A stretch of 64,000 nucleotides of DNA from Podarcis erhardii (taxonomy: Eukaryota). The position numbers and the translations under genes are program-made. Below are positions 23,972 through 37,409 of the stretch, piece by piece (the stretch's first letter is position 1; every line of letters starts with the position of its first letter). The notes beneath the pieces are model-generated. The model saw nothing but the letters and a program-made list of their open reading frames with translations, ran no database searches and had not been told where the DNA came from. The stretch lies in the NCBI GenBank assembly GCA_964252035.1, contig OZ176212.1. One strand, written 5' to 3'.

Positions 23972-24081
23972 AGGATCTTTGGGAAAGCCTGGAACAATCG
24001 AGTGGTAAACCTATTGCTGCTGTGATGAATACATGGACCAAGCAAATGGGGTTTCCACTTGTTTATGTGGAGGCAGAACAG
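23972..24081 (+). CDS. NPEPPS: NPEPPS coding exon 13
   Basis: cacag|AGGATC...GAACAG|gtaggt; 110 nt; (E)DLWESLEQSSGKPIAAVMNTWTKQMGFPLVYVEAEQ. Confidence 0.97.
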
Positions 24082-26176
24082 GTAGGTATATTACTTTCTT
24101 ACTTTTATAGTGGCTCAGTTGAGACAACATGCAAAATGATTGCACTTTCAAACATAGACACAAATCCCAGTTTGTTTTCCATCTGCTCGTCACTCCCATT
24201 TCTGTATTGAAAAGGGCCCTCTGGAACAACAGCTGTAACTTCTGGCTTGTCAGTTCAAATATTATACCAAACCTTAGTTAGCTTGAATAGTATTTTGTGT
24301 ACACACTAGAAACTCTAGTTTTCTAACTTGATCACAAACCGTAGTGTGTTATTGCAGACATCATGCCATTCCGTACTTACGCTTCCTGAACCATGGTTGA
24401 GCTTGATGCCTGAATTACGCATTTTCTGTCAAACACAACACGTGCATTCACACGTCACCAGCATCTAAGTTGAATAAATGAGTCAAAATTTCAAAAACAT
24501 TGAATTTACATGTTCTTACTGTGATATTGAAGGCTTCATAAAATTTGTGATATTTTAGAGATGGCAAAGGCAGAAAATGTATTCCTAATTGGAATGGTTG
24601 ACTAAAGTGGATACATTATGCAAATAAAGCAGATTTGCAAGCAGATTTTCCTAGCATCACTTGTGGGAGCAACTGAATTGATTAGTTAGTGTAGACATTG
24701 GTGATAATACTGATGGTTATATACTCTGCACTTAAAAATCCAATGATGGGTAAATTGTGCAAATCACACTAATACTGTATATTTTTGTGTTCTATTTCTG
24801 GAACAAATGAGGAATGAAGATGCAGGGTACTGAAGCCTCACACCTGGATTCAGCTACTCCTCTTGCTTAAGCATTGCTCACATGAACTTTCAGTAGTTAC
24901 CTTCATAGCCAGAAAGTCTTAAATTCCTAACACTGAATGCTGCATCAAAACTACTGATACAATTTGGTGCATCTGTTTACATGGATTCATGGATTACCAA
25001 AAACCTCAGCTCTAGAGTCCCTTGCTGATTACAAAGTTGGCAAATTCCTTCTGAGATGTTCTTTATTTTTTATTAAAATGCTTGCATGCCGTAATTTCAT
25101 TTAAAAATAGCAAAGCGATTTGCAACAATTTGCAATAAAAAACACATAAAAATTAAGCCATTTTCTTCTTTCTTAGATCTAATTTATTTGTAACTTAAAA
25201 TCAATAAAATACAAATTTTTAGAAAGATTAAAATAGATCACCAGCTAATTATTAAAGAATTCTTTTTTTTTAATTGTCCACATAAGCCTGGTGGCAAAGA
25301 AAAGTTTTCAGCAAACTTTTCAGCAAATAAAGAATACATCTGCTGATTGAGAACATTCCACAGGGCTGGGCCAATGTTACCAAAGGTCAGTTTTGTCCCG
25401 ATATCAAATGAGCCTCACCAATTTATTAAACAACCAGTAATGCTCCTACAGATTATTTTAGTCATTGAAACATTTCTATCCTGCTTGTCAGTCCTAGGAT
25501 GTCTATAAATAAAACATGAAAACAATTTAAATAACACAAAATCTAGAATGAGGTTGAGGGGGAGCCAGATGAGAAATATTTTTGCTGCTCTCTAGAAAGC
25601 AGTTATAATAAGGGAGCCTAGGCAGTACAGCTTTGAAATGGTTTGTTGCTTAATTTGGACTTGCCATTGAAGTCCATTCATAAGCTGTACACAAATTCTG
25701 TTTCTCCATTTGTGGACAATTCTCCAAATTCTGAAGTCCATTTGGAAGAATGTCCCTAATTCTGTTTCTCCTGTGCCCCACCCCACCCCTGCATCTGATT
25801 CCTCTGAGGAAGAATAGCAGGTGCTAAAGGTGTGAGATGGATGAGTTGCTTTCCTAGAATGCCCTTGCTCCTCCAGTGCTTTGTGCAGCAGACTGTTTTT
25901 AACAGTGCATTGCTGTGATAACTTTCAAAATCTTAGATAAGGATTTTTTTGTCTGTGTTTGGGGTCTTCCCCACCAAAAATAACAAGCTTGTAAATGCAG
26001 GAAGGAAACTATCCTAAATTGTTACTTGGAGCTGCAACTAAAAACAGAATGGATGAAGCAGTAGAGTAGAGAGCAGGATTTATGGGAGAGGGTTGAGAAA
26101 ACAGGACTCAGGTGTGGGAAGAAGATGGGAAATGTAAATGGTGTAGCAAGCCTCAATTTTCTAAACACTAGAAGAA

Positions 26177-26521
26177 CGCGGGTGGCGCGGTAGGTTAAAC
26201 CACAGAGCCTAGGACTTGCCGATCAAAAGGTCGGCGGTTCGAATCCCCACAACGGGGTGAGCTCCTGTTGCTCTGTCCCTGCTCCTGCCAACCTAGCAGT
26301 TCAAAAGCACATCAAAAGTGCAAGTAGATAAATAGGTACCGCTCCGGCGGGAAGGTAAACGGCGTTTCCGTGCACTGCTCTGGTTCGCCTGAAGCGGCTT
26401 AGTCACACTGGCCACATGACCCGGAAGCTGTACGTCGGCTCCCTCGGCCAATAAAGTGAGATGAGCGCGCAACCCCAGTCAACCACGACTGGACCTAATG
26501 GTCAGGGGTCCCTTTACCTTT
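26177..26521 (+). mobile_element. Sauria SINE, full length
   Basis: CGCGGGTGGCGCGGTAGGTTAAACC head, CCCTTTACCTTT tail; 10-bp TSD ACTAGAAGAA at 26167-26176 and 26522-26531. Confidence 0.93.
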
Positions 26522-27705
26522 ACTAGAAGAATATCCATATTCGTTTTTAATTAATGTGACATTATACAACATTTTCCAAAGTACAAGTACTTATGTATTC
26601 ATTAGACGTAACTCTCTAAAAGGGAGCCAGTTTAAGTCCCATGCTGCAAATGCTATTTTGGGGGCAGAAAAAGTGCCTCATAAGGCTCTCCAGTGATTTC
26701 ATTGCTGGGCTGAGATTTGCAGCAGGAACTTCCTGTGTCATGACTCATGCTCTTAAGGACTGAGACCTAAGCACTATTCCAAGTTTTGGTATGACTTTCC
26801 TCTAAAACAATTGTAATTTAACATAAAGTCATAGAGTCATATAATACAACATTATGATAAATTATCAATTGTGGCAAATTTGCTTCATTTGAAAAGAAGG
26901 GTGCTATAAGGCACTTAAGTTATTGGTTTGGGAGCACCGCCCCCTAATCCCAGATGAGAAGTGGTTTTGGTTACTCAGCAGGGTGCTCAGATGTGTTTTC
27001 TTCCATATCCATCTTTCAGGTCGTTGCCTTCATTTATAAGCCACAACACTCACTCCTCAAATAATCATCGGGATGGTTGTGGTTAAGCATAGAAACTTCA
27101 GTTTTTGTGGTGAAAACCATTCAACCATAAAAGTCTATATTTTGGTCCTCTATATCCCTGAAGTCTTATTAGCAGCATTGCATGAGAGGCTTTGAATAGT
27201 TGTTTAACTGGAGACCCTCATCCAAACGCATTTGATTATGTCTTCTTATGTTCAAGGCCTGAGGCCTGATGTAGAATTTAAGTTTGTTAAACTGAACCAT
27301 GGATCAGCTTGAGCCAGGGCCACATTTTGCCAGGCAACCAGACTACCTAATCTGTCTTGCTAGAATCTCATTTGTCCTACTTAACCTGTAGCCACTGATA
27401 ACCCAGTCCTGGTTATGCTATATTATATGTGATACAATACAGTGTCATAAGAAAACATGGCAGCTGTGGCTGGGGCACCAGAGATCATTGGGACCAACAG
27501 AAAAAAGGTATGTGGGAATGCGAGGGCAACAACAGGGGGGGTGAGAATTGGGAAAGAAGTAGCAGCTCAGCATGTTGGACATTTGACCAGCCTAATGTGG
27601 CCTGTGAATTCAAGGAATGAGGCCTTCATAGCTGGATGGGTTCTGGGCATATGATCTTATTTGAAACCTTTGAATACTATTCTTGCCTCTTGTTCTCTAC
27701 TCCAG

Positions 27706-27769
27706 CGAGAAGATGAAAAAGTGTTGAAGCTAGTCCAGAAGAAATTCTGTGCCAGCGGACCATATAGTG
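27706..27769 (+). CDS. NPEPPS: NPEPPS coding exon 14
   Basis: tccag|CGAGAA...ATAGTG|gtaagg; 64 nt; REDEKVLKLVQKKFCASGPYS(G). Confidence 0.93.
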
Positions 27770-30378
27770 GTAAGGCGATGGCTAATAGCAGGAGCCAAGC
27801 AGCGCACCATATTGTACGTGACACCAACCATTCTGGGAAACAGCACTTGCACTGTCAGTTTCTGCAGGCAGGTGTCCTTTTTAGGATTTAGATGTTTGAA
27901 ATAACTTGATCTTTTTTATATATATAAAAATGAACTACTAAGCCTGAAGTTCTAGTTTTTCATTATTTTCCTTCTTACAGTCTGCATGTTTTAACTAGGA
28001 AGATTGTAATCTGCCTTTAAATATTCTTTACAATGTGTACTCAGTGCCTATGTGTATCCAGAACATTTCTGGAAGGCAGTAGAAATGGATTTACACAGTG
28101 TTTCCCCCTCCTCCTGCACATGGAACTCTAGTGGAGAATAGATTCAATATTGCAGATACTGCACTCAGCTGCTCCGTTGCCACACATATTTGACAAATCA
28201 CATATTTAGCCTTTGTTAGGCATGTAGTTGGTAGATATCTGAGTGCTTATTTATCACAGTTAGAAAGGACAAAAAAAAAAAAAAAAAAAAGCTTTTAGCA
28301 TTATCTGTGCCGGACGGCAGAGTCATCAGTGCACGTAATCAAGATACAGCTCCACTTCAGGAAGGAGCCTTTAGTGCAGGAGTAGCTAACCAGTGGAGTT
28401 CCATATTTTGCTGTACTAAAACTCATTATCCCTGACCATTGGCCATGCTGCTAGGACTGATTGGAACTGGAGTCCAGTATGTGGCGGGCCATGGGTTAGC
28501 CACCCCTTCTTCAAATAGCACCAGATTACTGATGCAAGCAGTAAAACCATGTGTTCCAGGAGAAAGCACATAACAAAAAGGCAAACAAGCCACTGGCTCC
28601 TCCTACGTGAGGATGCAGATATTACTTTCCTGGTGGCAAATATAACAGTCATGCGCTGGGTTTGAAAGAGACCTGAAGGAACTTAGAGGATATTCTGTTG
28701 CTAATTGTGGTACTCCCTTTCAAGAAGAGAAGTAAGAGAACCTTATCTTACAGACAATCCGGTGAAGGAGGCATGACTATATACTCTTAAACTAAGCTAT
28801 CTTCACTGTTCCAGAACGTCATACCTCTCACTAGTTCAAAACATTCATTAACTTTCAAGATTATATTTGCTAACAGTCAGCTTTTAGCCTTATATCTGCA
28901 GCTATCTATAACTGCTTCTATTTCTACTTACCTTTTTATTGTGGAGTGTAATTATGTCCCTGTTCAACCTTTCTTTTTCTAAGCTGAGCAGATTAAGCTC
29001 TCATATTTGTTCCTAGCAATGTATTTCCTTCCTATGACCATTCTATTTGCTGCTCTTGAAAATACAGTATTTCTTTCATATTCATTACCAGACTGAACGT
29101 AAGAGTTCATCTAAGCATTCATGAGCAGAATTGAATAGTTTTGTAGAGTTTATGCAGGAGCATATATTTTCTAAGCTCTTTGTGCAGTTTTCATTGCTTG
29201 AAAACCATGGTGGTTGAATAGCTTTATGAATATTTTTCAAAGGAAAGTAATGAAGAATTGGAATGTTTCATACTTTTCCCAATCCCAGGAGTAGCTTGCT
29301 AAATGAACTCAGTGGGATAGCACTGAACTTTCTGTGCTTCTGCTTAAGCAGCTGTTTGCTCAGGTTGACAGAGGCAAGAGCAGCCCTGAGAAGTTTTCAC
29401 ACATTCTCACACAAACATATAACCATACTGTGTTTCCTCCTCACATTTGTCTCCCTTCTGTGGAGTTACTTTTAATAGCTAAACATTAGAACCATCTGGG
29501 ATGTGTGAAAGGATAACCATTCAGTTGTAGCATTGATGCATTGGCACCAGAGCACCCTTGCTTTCCAAGCTGGCTTGCTTAAAAGGGTGCAGGCCTCACT
29601 TAAACTGGTACCACACGGTTCTGACTTTTAGCAGGTGTTGCACTGCCTAACCCAAGCCCAATATGGCTAAATGTGTGTGTTTAAAGGAGTAATTCTTCAT
29701 ATAAATAGTTCGTGGCTAGCTTTTAATGACACCTCCACCTTCAAAGTGACTGGAAAAAGACAGTCCTTGCCAGCAGTCTTATAACTCAAAAGACATAACA
29801 CTATAAAGGAAAAGGATGAGGAGGAAAGAGGGAAATGAGTAAACTTTGACACCAGTTCCTAGTTTCATAATAGTACTTGTAATGACCCACTGGAATGGGA
29901 ACAGCTCAGGGAGTGGAGGAGCCAAATGGAGTTGCTGTCCCAGCAGAGCTAACAGAGTGGCCATTTCCCATCTCTCTCTGCTGCAGCCTGATGAAATGGC
30001 TGCTACCAAGTGACAGATGAGGAAGGGAGCCAGCATGTCAGCAGAGCCCATGGAATGGTCCCTCATATCTCTCCCTCGGTTACAGTCTGCAGGAAGTCAA
30101 TCGATCATTTCATTTGAACTGGAGTGCTGAACTTGAGAACTACTGTTCTGAAATATAAGTCGTAGATCTCCAAAGTGCTCTTCAGATTATGATTATTTAT
30201 TTTTTAAAAAGGAACTTAGATATTTTCCCTTTGCAGAATCATTGCATTGATACTATACAAATGTGCTGACTTGGAGCAGCTGTGAGTTTAATGCTATAAA
30301 AGGGGTGTTTCCGTGGGGCCGGGCAGTTTGCCATACCATGCCTTGTTCTGTCAGGCATTCTTCTCTTTTTTCATATAG

Positions 30379-30518
30379 GGGATGGTAACCCTCTGTGGAT
30401 GATACCCATCAGCATCTGTACAAGTGAAGACCCAACCCATGCCAAAATGCAAGTGTTGATGGACAAGCCCGAGTTGACGTTGGTTTTGAAAGACGTGAAG
30501 CCAGAGCAGTGGGTGAAG
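30379..30518 (+). CDS. NPEPPS: NPEPPS coding exon 15
   Basis: tatag|GGGATG...GTGAAG|gtgagc; 140 nt; (G)DGNPLWMIPISICTSEDPTHAKMQVLMDKPELTLVLKDVKPEQWVK. Confidence 0.95.
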
Positions 30519-30809
30519 GTGAGCAGGAAGGGGAGACAGTCTTCTGAATTAACCTGGCAGATTGTCAAAACATGGTCAGCACCTTGATTGGCCAGCACAG
30601 TGCTCTAAGATGCATCTTCTTGCAGCATGTTACGGTCTTGTTACCTTAAAGTTGTGCTGCCTCACAACCCAAACACCAGGACTATGGAAGTGTCCTGAGT
30701 CCTTCTGGCTGATAAAGTTATAGTAGCTGCTGTTGTCTGAAAAAGTAGCTATAAATCAGAGATACTATATGAACTAATTTTTAATTGTGGATTTCAGAAG
30801 AGAAGAGGT

Positions 30810-31290
30810 GCTTGCTTATTTAATTATTTGAATGATTTTAAGGCCATTCTATCTAGGTTGCTTACAAACATATAACACATATCACAATTCCATTAAAATA
30901 TAAGAGGGCAAAGTTAATATATTATAATATAAAAAATGCCAGCTAGCAGTAACAGTTAAAACATCATTTAGCCCAGCATAAGCAAAATCATTAAAAAATA
31001 ATAATCTAATAATCAGCTGTGAAACCAATATTCCAAAAAACTAGCAGGAATCATACCAAAATAATTTTAAAATCCAGTTTTACATAAAATGTAGTATGTT
31101 GATTGAGAGAGGTTTTTTTGCAGTCATTTTTTTTTCTTTTGCAAAGAGATTACCAAAAAAAGTTGAAACAAGTATGTCTTCAAAATCTTTTTGGTGGCAG
31201 GCACATTACTTGGATGGAGTTCCAGAAGTAGGAGTCCATAATCTTCACTTAAGTTAGATGTTGCGAACTTAGGATATATCCATGAACGTG
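30810..31290 (-). mobile_element. Degenerate L2-like LINE 3' fragment (antisense)
   Basis: TTATTT-rich tail followed by GGTTGCTTACAA and GAGTTCCAGAAGTAGGAGTCCA, as in antisense L2 3' ends; bounds approximate. Confidence 0.35.
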
Positions 31291-31678
31291 CAAGTTGCTT
31301 TGGTTTATAATTTTGGATTGTTAAGCTGTTCCTTCTCTAAGATGTCAGAGGCTGGGAAAGGATTGTTGAGACTTGGTGAATGTTGGCACAGTTAATATAC
31401 ATATGCAGATAGGACAAGGGCAGAGGTAATGGAATTGCTGAATGAATGTCACCTGCTATCAAGGCTGATTATTTCTGGCTTTGAAGCTTGCCATTCCAGT
31501 CCCTTTGTTTCCAGGTGATTCTCCCACATCCTGGAGGGCAGCAAACTAAGCATGTTTCAGCATCCTCCAACAGCACCAAGTATGATTATGTGCACATACT
31601 ATTCAGCATGGGCACAAGACACAGACTTTCTAATCCCCTCTTACCTTGTAGCAATACAGAAATAATGATCTCTCACAC

Positions 31679-32080
31679 CAGAGGTTTTCAAACTTTTTGA
31701 ATCCATGGCTCCCTTGACCAACTACATCCTTTCTTCGGCACCTCTGTGGGGCTCAGGAGCCCAGTTATGTCACCCCTTGCTTGCAGAGCTGGCAGCCTCT
31801 CACCCTTTTTCAAACACCTTCTCTTGTGGAGTGTTCCATCAGCCCTCTCTCCTTGGGAGTCCTCCAGGCAGCCACTGCTACTGTCCCTGGTCTCTGAGCT
31901 GCCCCACCCCCACCCCATAGAGAGGTTCCTCCTCATACAGGGGGCCGGGCTGGGAAGCACCCCCTGGCCCGCCCCAGAGGCACTATTCGCCTATGGATCT
32001 TATAGCCAGGGCTGCTGCAACAAACAGCTGTGTAAGCCTTTGGGAGGCAGAGGCGTGAGAGATCATCAGAGGAGGGATGG
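31679..32080. mobile_element. hAT-like non-autonomous element, right end missing
   Basis: Starts CAGAGGTTTTCAAACTTTTT (hAT/Charlie-type terminus); abuts a head-truncated SINE. Confidence 0.4.
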
Positions 32081-32087
32081 AATGAAA

Positions 32088-32399
32088 AGGGACTTGCCGA
32101 TCGCATGGTCGGCGGTTCGAATTCCCGCGGCGGGGTGAGCTCCTGGCGTTCGGTCCCAGCTCCTGCCCACCTAGCAGTTTTAAAGCACAATTAAGTGCAA
32201 GTAGATAAATAGCGGGAAGGTAAACGGCGTTCCGTGTGCTGCTCTGGTGCCGGTTCGCCAGAGCAGCTTTGTCACGCTGGCCACGTGACCCGGAAGTGTC
32301 TGCGGACAGCGCTGGCTCCTGGCCTCTAGAGTGAGATGAGCGCACAACCCTAGAGTCTGTCAAGACTGGCCCGTACGGGCAGGGGTACCTTTACCTTTT
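32088..32399 (+). mobile_element. Sauria SINE lacking about 40 bp of the 5' head
   Basis: GGACTTGCCGATC...GGGGTACCTTTACCTTTT; body closely matches the 2162-2529 copy. Confidence 0.9.
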
Positions 32400-32639
32400 A
32401 TGTTTTGCACAGCAATAACAGCTACCTGCTGGTAGTAGACATGCTAAAGGGTCTGCAAAAGGTGACTCGGATATTAATGTGGCTATTAAGTGCTTGTAAT
32501 AATAAAATCACTTTAAACAAGACAAAAATGTGGTCTGCATGAAGGTGGCGCATTGCATCTTGATCTAAGAGAGCCTTCCAACTACAAGCACTTTGTAAAA
32601 GGAATCCCCTGAGCGTTGTGGGAAGAGCATCCTCTGCCA

Positions 32640-32730
32640 TTTCTTTCCAAGCCTAATTCAGAGTGCTGGTTTTGACCTATAAAGCCTTGCAGTGTTTGGG
32701 ATGTCAGTATCTTGGGACAATCTTTCCCTG
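32640..32730 (+). mobile_element. L2 LINE ORF2 C-terminal fragment
   Basis: Translates as QA*FRVLVLTYKALQCLG, resembling the L2 motif AQFKVLVLTYKALNGLG. Confidence 0.65.
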
Positions 32731-33335
32731 GACCAAGCCAGGTCGCAAACCTTTTTGGGGCAGTCCTGTTTTGCACAGTGTTTGAAAGGCTGTTGACAAC
32801 CAGCTGGTTGTCGGGCAGTTTGAAAGTGGCTCCAGCAGGCTTTGGCCAAGCCCCTGCTCTTACCTGCAGGACGGGAGGTTTAGGGTGGGTGGACGTGGCT
32901 TGCCCAATTTGGCCTCACAGCCCAAATGGGAAGCCTGGTGGGCCAGGATTATCCTTTAAGTTGGAGGTTCTTCACTCTGGCTATAAAACTTCAGGACTCT
33001 CTTTGATGAGAGAAGTGATGCACAAATCTAATCAAACTAAACATGGTCCTTTCCAGTAAGGAAAACTAGCCATCTTTCTGATTGTCAGTTTGATAGTACA
33101 AGAACTTTAATCTCTTCTCTTTTTGAAACTCTTCTCTGTTAAAGCTGACCTTCTGTTGATGGTAATTCTCATTTATCTTCCTGCACGAAGTACTACCAGT
33201 GATATAAAATAATTGCCTGGTTCTGTTCTCCCTGTTTGACTCAAATACAGTCAAGGGTAATTTGGGGACTGTGGATTTGTTTCTCGGTTGTCTTCTGTAA
33301 GCTGCTGACTGAATTTCTTCATTCTGTATTTTCAG

Positions 33336-33470
33336 CTGAACCTGGGAACGGTAGGGTTTTACCGTACACAATACAGTTCTGACATGCTGGAGAGTTTGCT
33401 CCCAGCTATCCGTGACCTCTCCTTACCCCCTGTGGACAGGTTGGGGCTGCAGAATGATCTTTTTTCTTTG
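33336..33470 (+). CDS. NPEPPS: NPEPPS coding exon 16
   Basis: ttcag|CTGAAC...TCTTTG|gtaagt; 135 nt; LNLGTVGFYRTQYSSDMLESLLPAIRDLSLPPVDRLGLQNDLFSL. Confidence 0.97.
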
Positions 33471-35574
33471 GTAAGTGACTGCCTGTCTTCTCTCTTCATT
33501 AACCTGCCCCCCCCCCACTTTTCCTGTGGCAGCAGATTGCTTCCGTTGTTGTAGAAATGTCTCCCCAAAGTTAGGTGCTATTTCTGGAGGTACAGCATCT
33601 ACAGCATACAGTTGCAGTTAACGAATTTGGCATCTTGTTAGTGAGGTGTGAAAGTTTCACCTCAGCGTGATCAAGCAAAGGCCCTGTAGCCCCAGCTGGT
33701 CATAATGCTGTTTTCCTGCAAGAGAATATTTTACTTTAAGCTAATAGCCCGAGCAATGTGTTTAAACTTAGATAACCAGTATTCTGAAACATGAATAAAT
33801 TATGCAAATGAGTTATCAAGTGGAAGGTCCTGATTTATGCTTAGTGGTATTCTGCAAGCCAAGTCTTTATTTTATTTTACTTTATTTTCTACTTTTTTGA
33901 ATAGGTGACTCCTTTGTAGTATCTTGAGCTGCTTTTGATATCCCCTTCAGTTTCAAAAGCAGTTAGCCAAGTGCTGAGACTGGTTTCATGTTTCTTTGAA
34001 TCTTGGCCACTATGTTTGTTTTAGCTAATTTTGCATTATTTTTTCTTCCGCTTCTGCTTGTGGGGAGGTGCTATACAGAGCACAGAAGCTCCACTCTGTG
34101 ATCTTTGGGTCTCTCGGGATCTCACTTGAGCAGTGCCTGGCATTTAGAAGCTGCTAGCTACAGCTACAAGTGCTACTTTGTAGAAAGAGCTGGTGCTGAA
34201 TTTTGTGCCTGGTACTAAACTGTGCCCTTATACAAGCAGTTGCAGATATGTGAAATAAGCACAGCCATGTCAGTGCCATAGGTTCTCCACACACCCTGAC
34301 CTCCTGGTTTCAGGGGGGGAGGGTTATGTGAGAGCATGTTAAATGGAAGGATTTGCATAACAAATCTGTGGGTGACTTTCCTTGCTGTGTTTTCCCTTGA
34401 GAAACCAGAATAGATTGATTCTGGTTAATTTTAACAAAAAGTTCCATTGGGTCCTGCATAGAGAATGTAGGTTCTTAAGTACCATGCCTTTTAAATTTGA
34501 GAATGGTAAAGAGAATGCAAGAGTGATTTACTTGGGTGGGTGTAATGTCTCCCAGTTAAACCAGCATTTTTTAAACTTGCATAGTCATTAAGCCTTTTCC
34601 TGCACATAAATTTATCTGCTGACAAATAGTTTTACAGAGGATTCTGGGGTGCTCACTTAACACAGAGCACTGCTCGGGCCTTTTGAACTTTGCAGTAATC
34701 CTAAATGATTTGTGAGTGTGAGACACTTCTATGGACTGAGTTCACTAGCTGCAAACATTCACAAATCGCCATGGGTGAGGACCTCTGGCAAGAAGGGTCT
34801 CCAGCTAAGCTCACTCACACTGAAGTTTGGAGATAGTAGAAATGGCAAGATAGAAATACCTACTTCTTTTAGAAGCATTTTACATGTCAGAGGACTTGAG
34901 AAAGTGGGTTTGGACAGCACAAACAGAGGCGGTTTAGTTAGGAAGCCAATATTTGTACATTATAAGAAATGCATCTTTTTCAGCCGCTAGAGACTTGAAA
35001 GCATCATGAAATCAGCAGAAGTGCAACTTTATCACTAGACTTTAGTGTTAGGGGCGTAGTGGCACAGTGCACCAAGCTTACCTCTCTACCTTTTCCTATT
35101 GTTGCAGAGGAACATTGGGAATGGTGGGCAAGTTGTAGTTTAAGGATGGTTACTGATTTCACGAGAAATACTTAAGAAGCTTTAGAACCCTAGGCACTCT
35201 TGCCTCACAGAGTTAAGCAGTGCCTCTGACACGGGCCAAGCCAATTCCTGACAAATGAGTGAGTGTGTGTTACAGAACAGATTGCCCAGCAGCAGGTTAT
35301 CTGTCACCAAGATCACATTGTGGGCAGGGAGCAGCTGGGATTTCCGTCCAAAAGACCATCCGGTAGGAAGACAAAATGGGCAAGGAAAGCCAGGAGCCAG
35401 GGTTGAGGAAGATAGCTCTGCCTAGTCCAGCATCTTATATTCAGTAGTGCCCAGCTAGATGCTGCTTCTTGGCAGGCCCCCCTGTGGTATCTTAGGAATC
35501 CTGTGAGGTAGGTTAGACTGAGAGACTGACTGGCCCCAAGGTAACCCAGCAAACTTCATGAATCCTGGTCTCCC

Positions 35575-35800
35575 AGATCTCTCATGAATCTGTCTAATCT
35601 CTTTTTTATGCTATCTAAGCTAGTGACCAGAATACCATCCGCTGGAGGTAAATTCCATAAACTAATTGTGAGTTCTAAATTCCATAAACTAATTCTGAGT
35701 GCTACATTCTTGCATCTGTCCTGAACCTACTTCAGATCCATTTCATTAGGAGACACCAAAGTGCAGAATTATGAGACAGAAGAAAATTCTGTTTCCCTTT
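35575..35800 (-). mobile_element. CR1 LINE fragment (antisense) with a local 27-bp tandem duplication
   Basis: AATCTGTCTAATCTCTTTTT...AAATTCCATAAACTAATT resembles antisense CR1 ORF2 3' region; duplication at 35649-35700. Confidence 0.5.
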
Positions 35801-36182
35801 TCACATTTGTTTCATAATTTATTAAACCTCTTTCATATCCCCTTTTAGGGGCTTGATTTGATCCCTGTGAAATTATATTGAGCTGGGAACCAATTGTTTA
35901 AAATTAGAGAATGAAATATCCTGCAAAAGAAAGAAGGCATGGTTAGTCTTCCAGGCTGGTCACATGGCTGGAAACCAACTCTTGTATCCCTATTAAAACA
36001 CACTGATTCCAGTCCCATGTGAAGTAGCGCTGTCCTTTCTCTGTCCCTGCCTCCTGCAAAAGGTGCAGTCAACATCCAGTCTCCAGATATGAGGAAGAAA
36101 CACAAAAGAGCTTTCTTTGCGGTAAGCCTTAATTCATTTTGGTTTGGGAGATGAGTGTAACTTGTTTCTTTTCCTCTCTCAG

Positions 36183-36402
36183 GCCCGAGCTGGAATTATT
36201 AGCACTGTAGAGGTTCTAAAAGTCATGGAAGCATTTGTGAATGAGCCCAACTATACCGTATGGAGCGACCTGAGCTGTAACCTGGGGATTCTCTCGACTC
36301 TCTTGTCCCACACAGACTTCTATGAGGAGATCCAGGCGTTCGTCCGTGATATATTTTCACCCATAGGAGAGAAGCTGGGCTGGGACCCCAGACCTGGCGA
36401 GG
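36183..36402 (+). CDS. NPEPPS: NPEPPS coding exon 17
   Basis: ctcag|GCCCGA...GCGAGG|gtatgg; 220 nt; ARAGIISTVEVLKVMEAFVNEPNYTVWSDLSCNLGILSTLLSHTDFYEEIQAFVRDIFSPIGEKLGWDPRPGE(G). Confidence 0.97.
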
Positions 36403-36836
36403 GTATGGAAGTTTCTCTGCTGTGAGATTTCAGCACTATGAATCTTTGCCCTGCCAATTTCACTGTGTCCGAATAGACTCCCAGAGACTTACATCAGTGG
36501 TGGGGGAACATTTCAGCCTTTCGGCTTATTTGTGTGCAGCAGGGGGTCCTGATTTGGCTCACAAGGATGTTTTCCCAAAGTCACACCCACCTGTACCACA
36601 CCTGAGGTTGTATATGAAAGCTCCATTGCTGGAGTTTAGGAAGAGGAAGACTAGCAAGCATTTTGTAGAAGCCAGGTCACAAACAAAGCCCTGACTCCAA
36701 GCCCTGATTTCTGATGAACTGATAAGATCATGTCCTTTTCAGTTCAGATTTTGTGGACCCCCCCCCAAAAAAAAAATTCCAGTAAGAAATGCTGCTAATC
36801 CTTTAAAAATAAACATATTTTCTTGTTTTTCATCAG

Positions 36837-36979
36837 GCCATCTAGATGCACTTCTGAGGGGTTTAGTTCTGGGCAAGCTAGGAAAAGCCGGCCATAAGGC
36901 AACCGTGGAAGAAGCTCGGCGCCGGTTTAAGGACCACGTGGAAGGGAAACACATCCTCTCCGCTGATCTGAGAAGTCCT
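36837..36979 (+). CDS. NPEPPS: NPEPPS coding exon 18
   Basis: atcag|GCCATC...AGTCCT|gtaggt; 143 nt; (G)HLDALLRGLVLGKLGKAGHKATVEEARRRFKDHVEGKHILSADLRSP. Confidence 0.97.
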
Positions 36980-37352
36980 GTAGGTTGCATTAAGACATCC
37001 TTTTCTCCTTAAAGGATCTGTATTCTCTCCCCCACCCCCATCCTTTGCATCCCTTGCCTGTATACAAATCCTGTGTTGAGTAACCATGTAAGTTTCCTAC
37101 ATGGTTGGCCAGTAAGTTTCCTTGAGCAGCTGCTAAATATATCTATTTAGAAGTTTTTAATTGTACAAGCAGAACATATACTGATTGCATGGGGGCGAGT
37201 TCACATGCTTCCAGTGGTTTCTGAAATTCCTAGGCAGAGTTTGGAGGGGCAGCAGGGTGAAATCTAAAAGTGAGGATGCTTTAAAACTGAATGGTAGTAA
37301 ATGTGCTCCTTGAGAAATTGATTTTTTATCGTTTTTAAATCATTCTTTCCAG

Positions 37353-37409
37353 GTATATGTAACTGTTTTGAAGCACGGTGACAGTACAACCTTAGACACT
37401 ATGCTAAAG
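37353..37409 (+). CDS. NPEPPS: NPEPPS coding exon 19
   Basis: tccag|GTATAT...CTAAAG|gtgagt; 57 nt; VYVTVLKHGDSTTLDTMLK. Confidence 0.95.
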
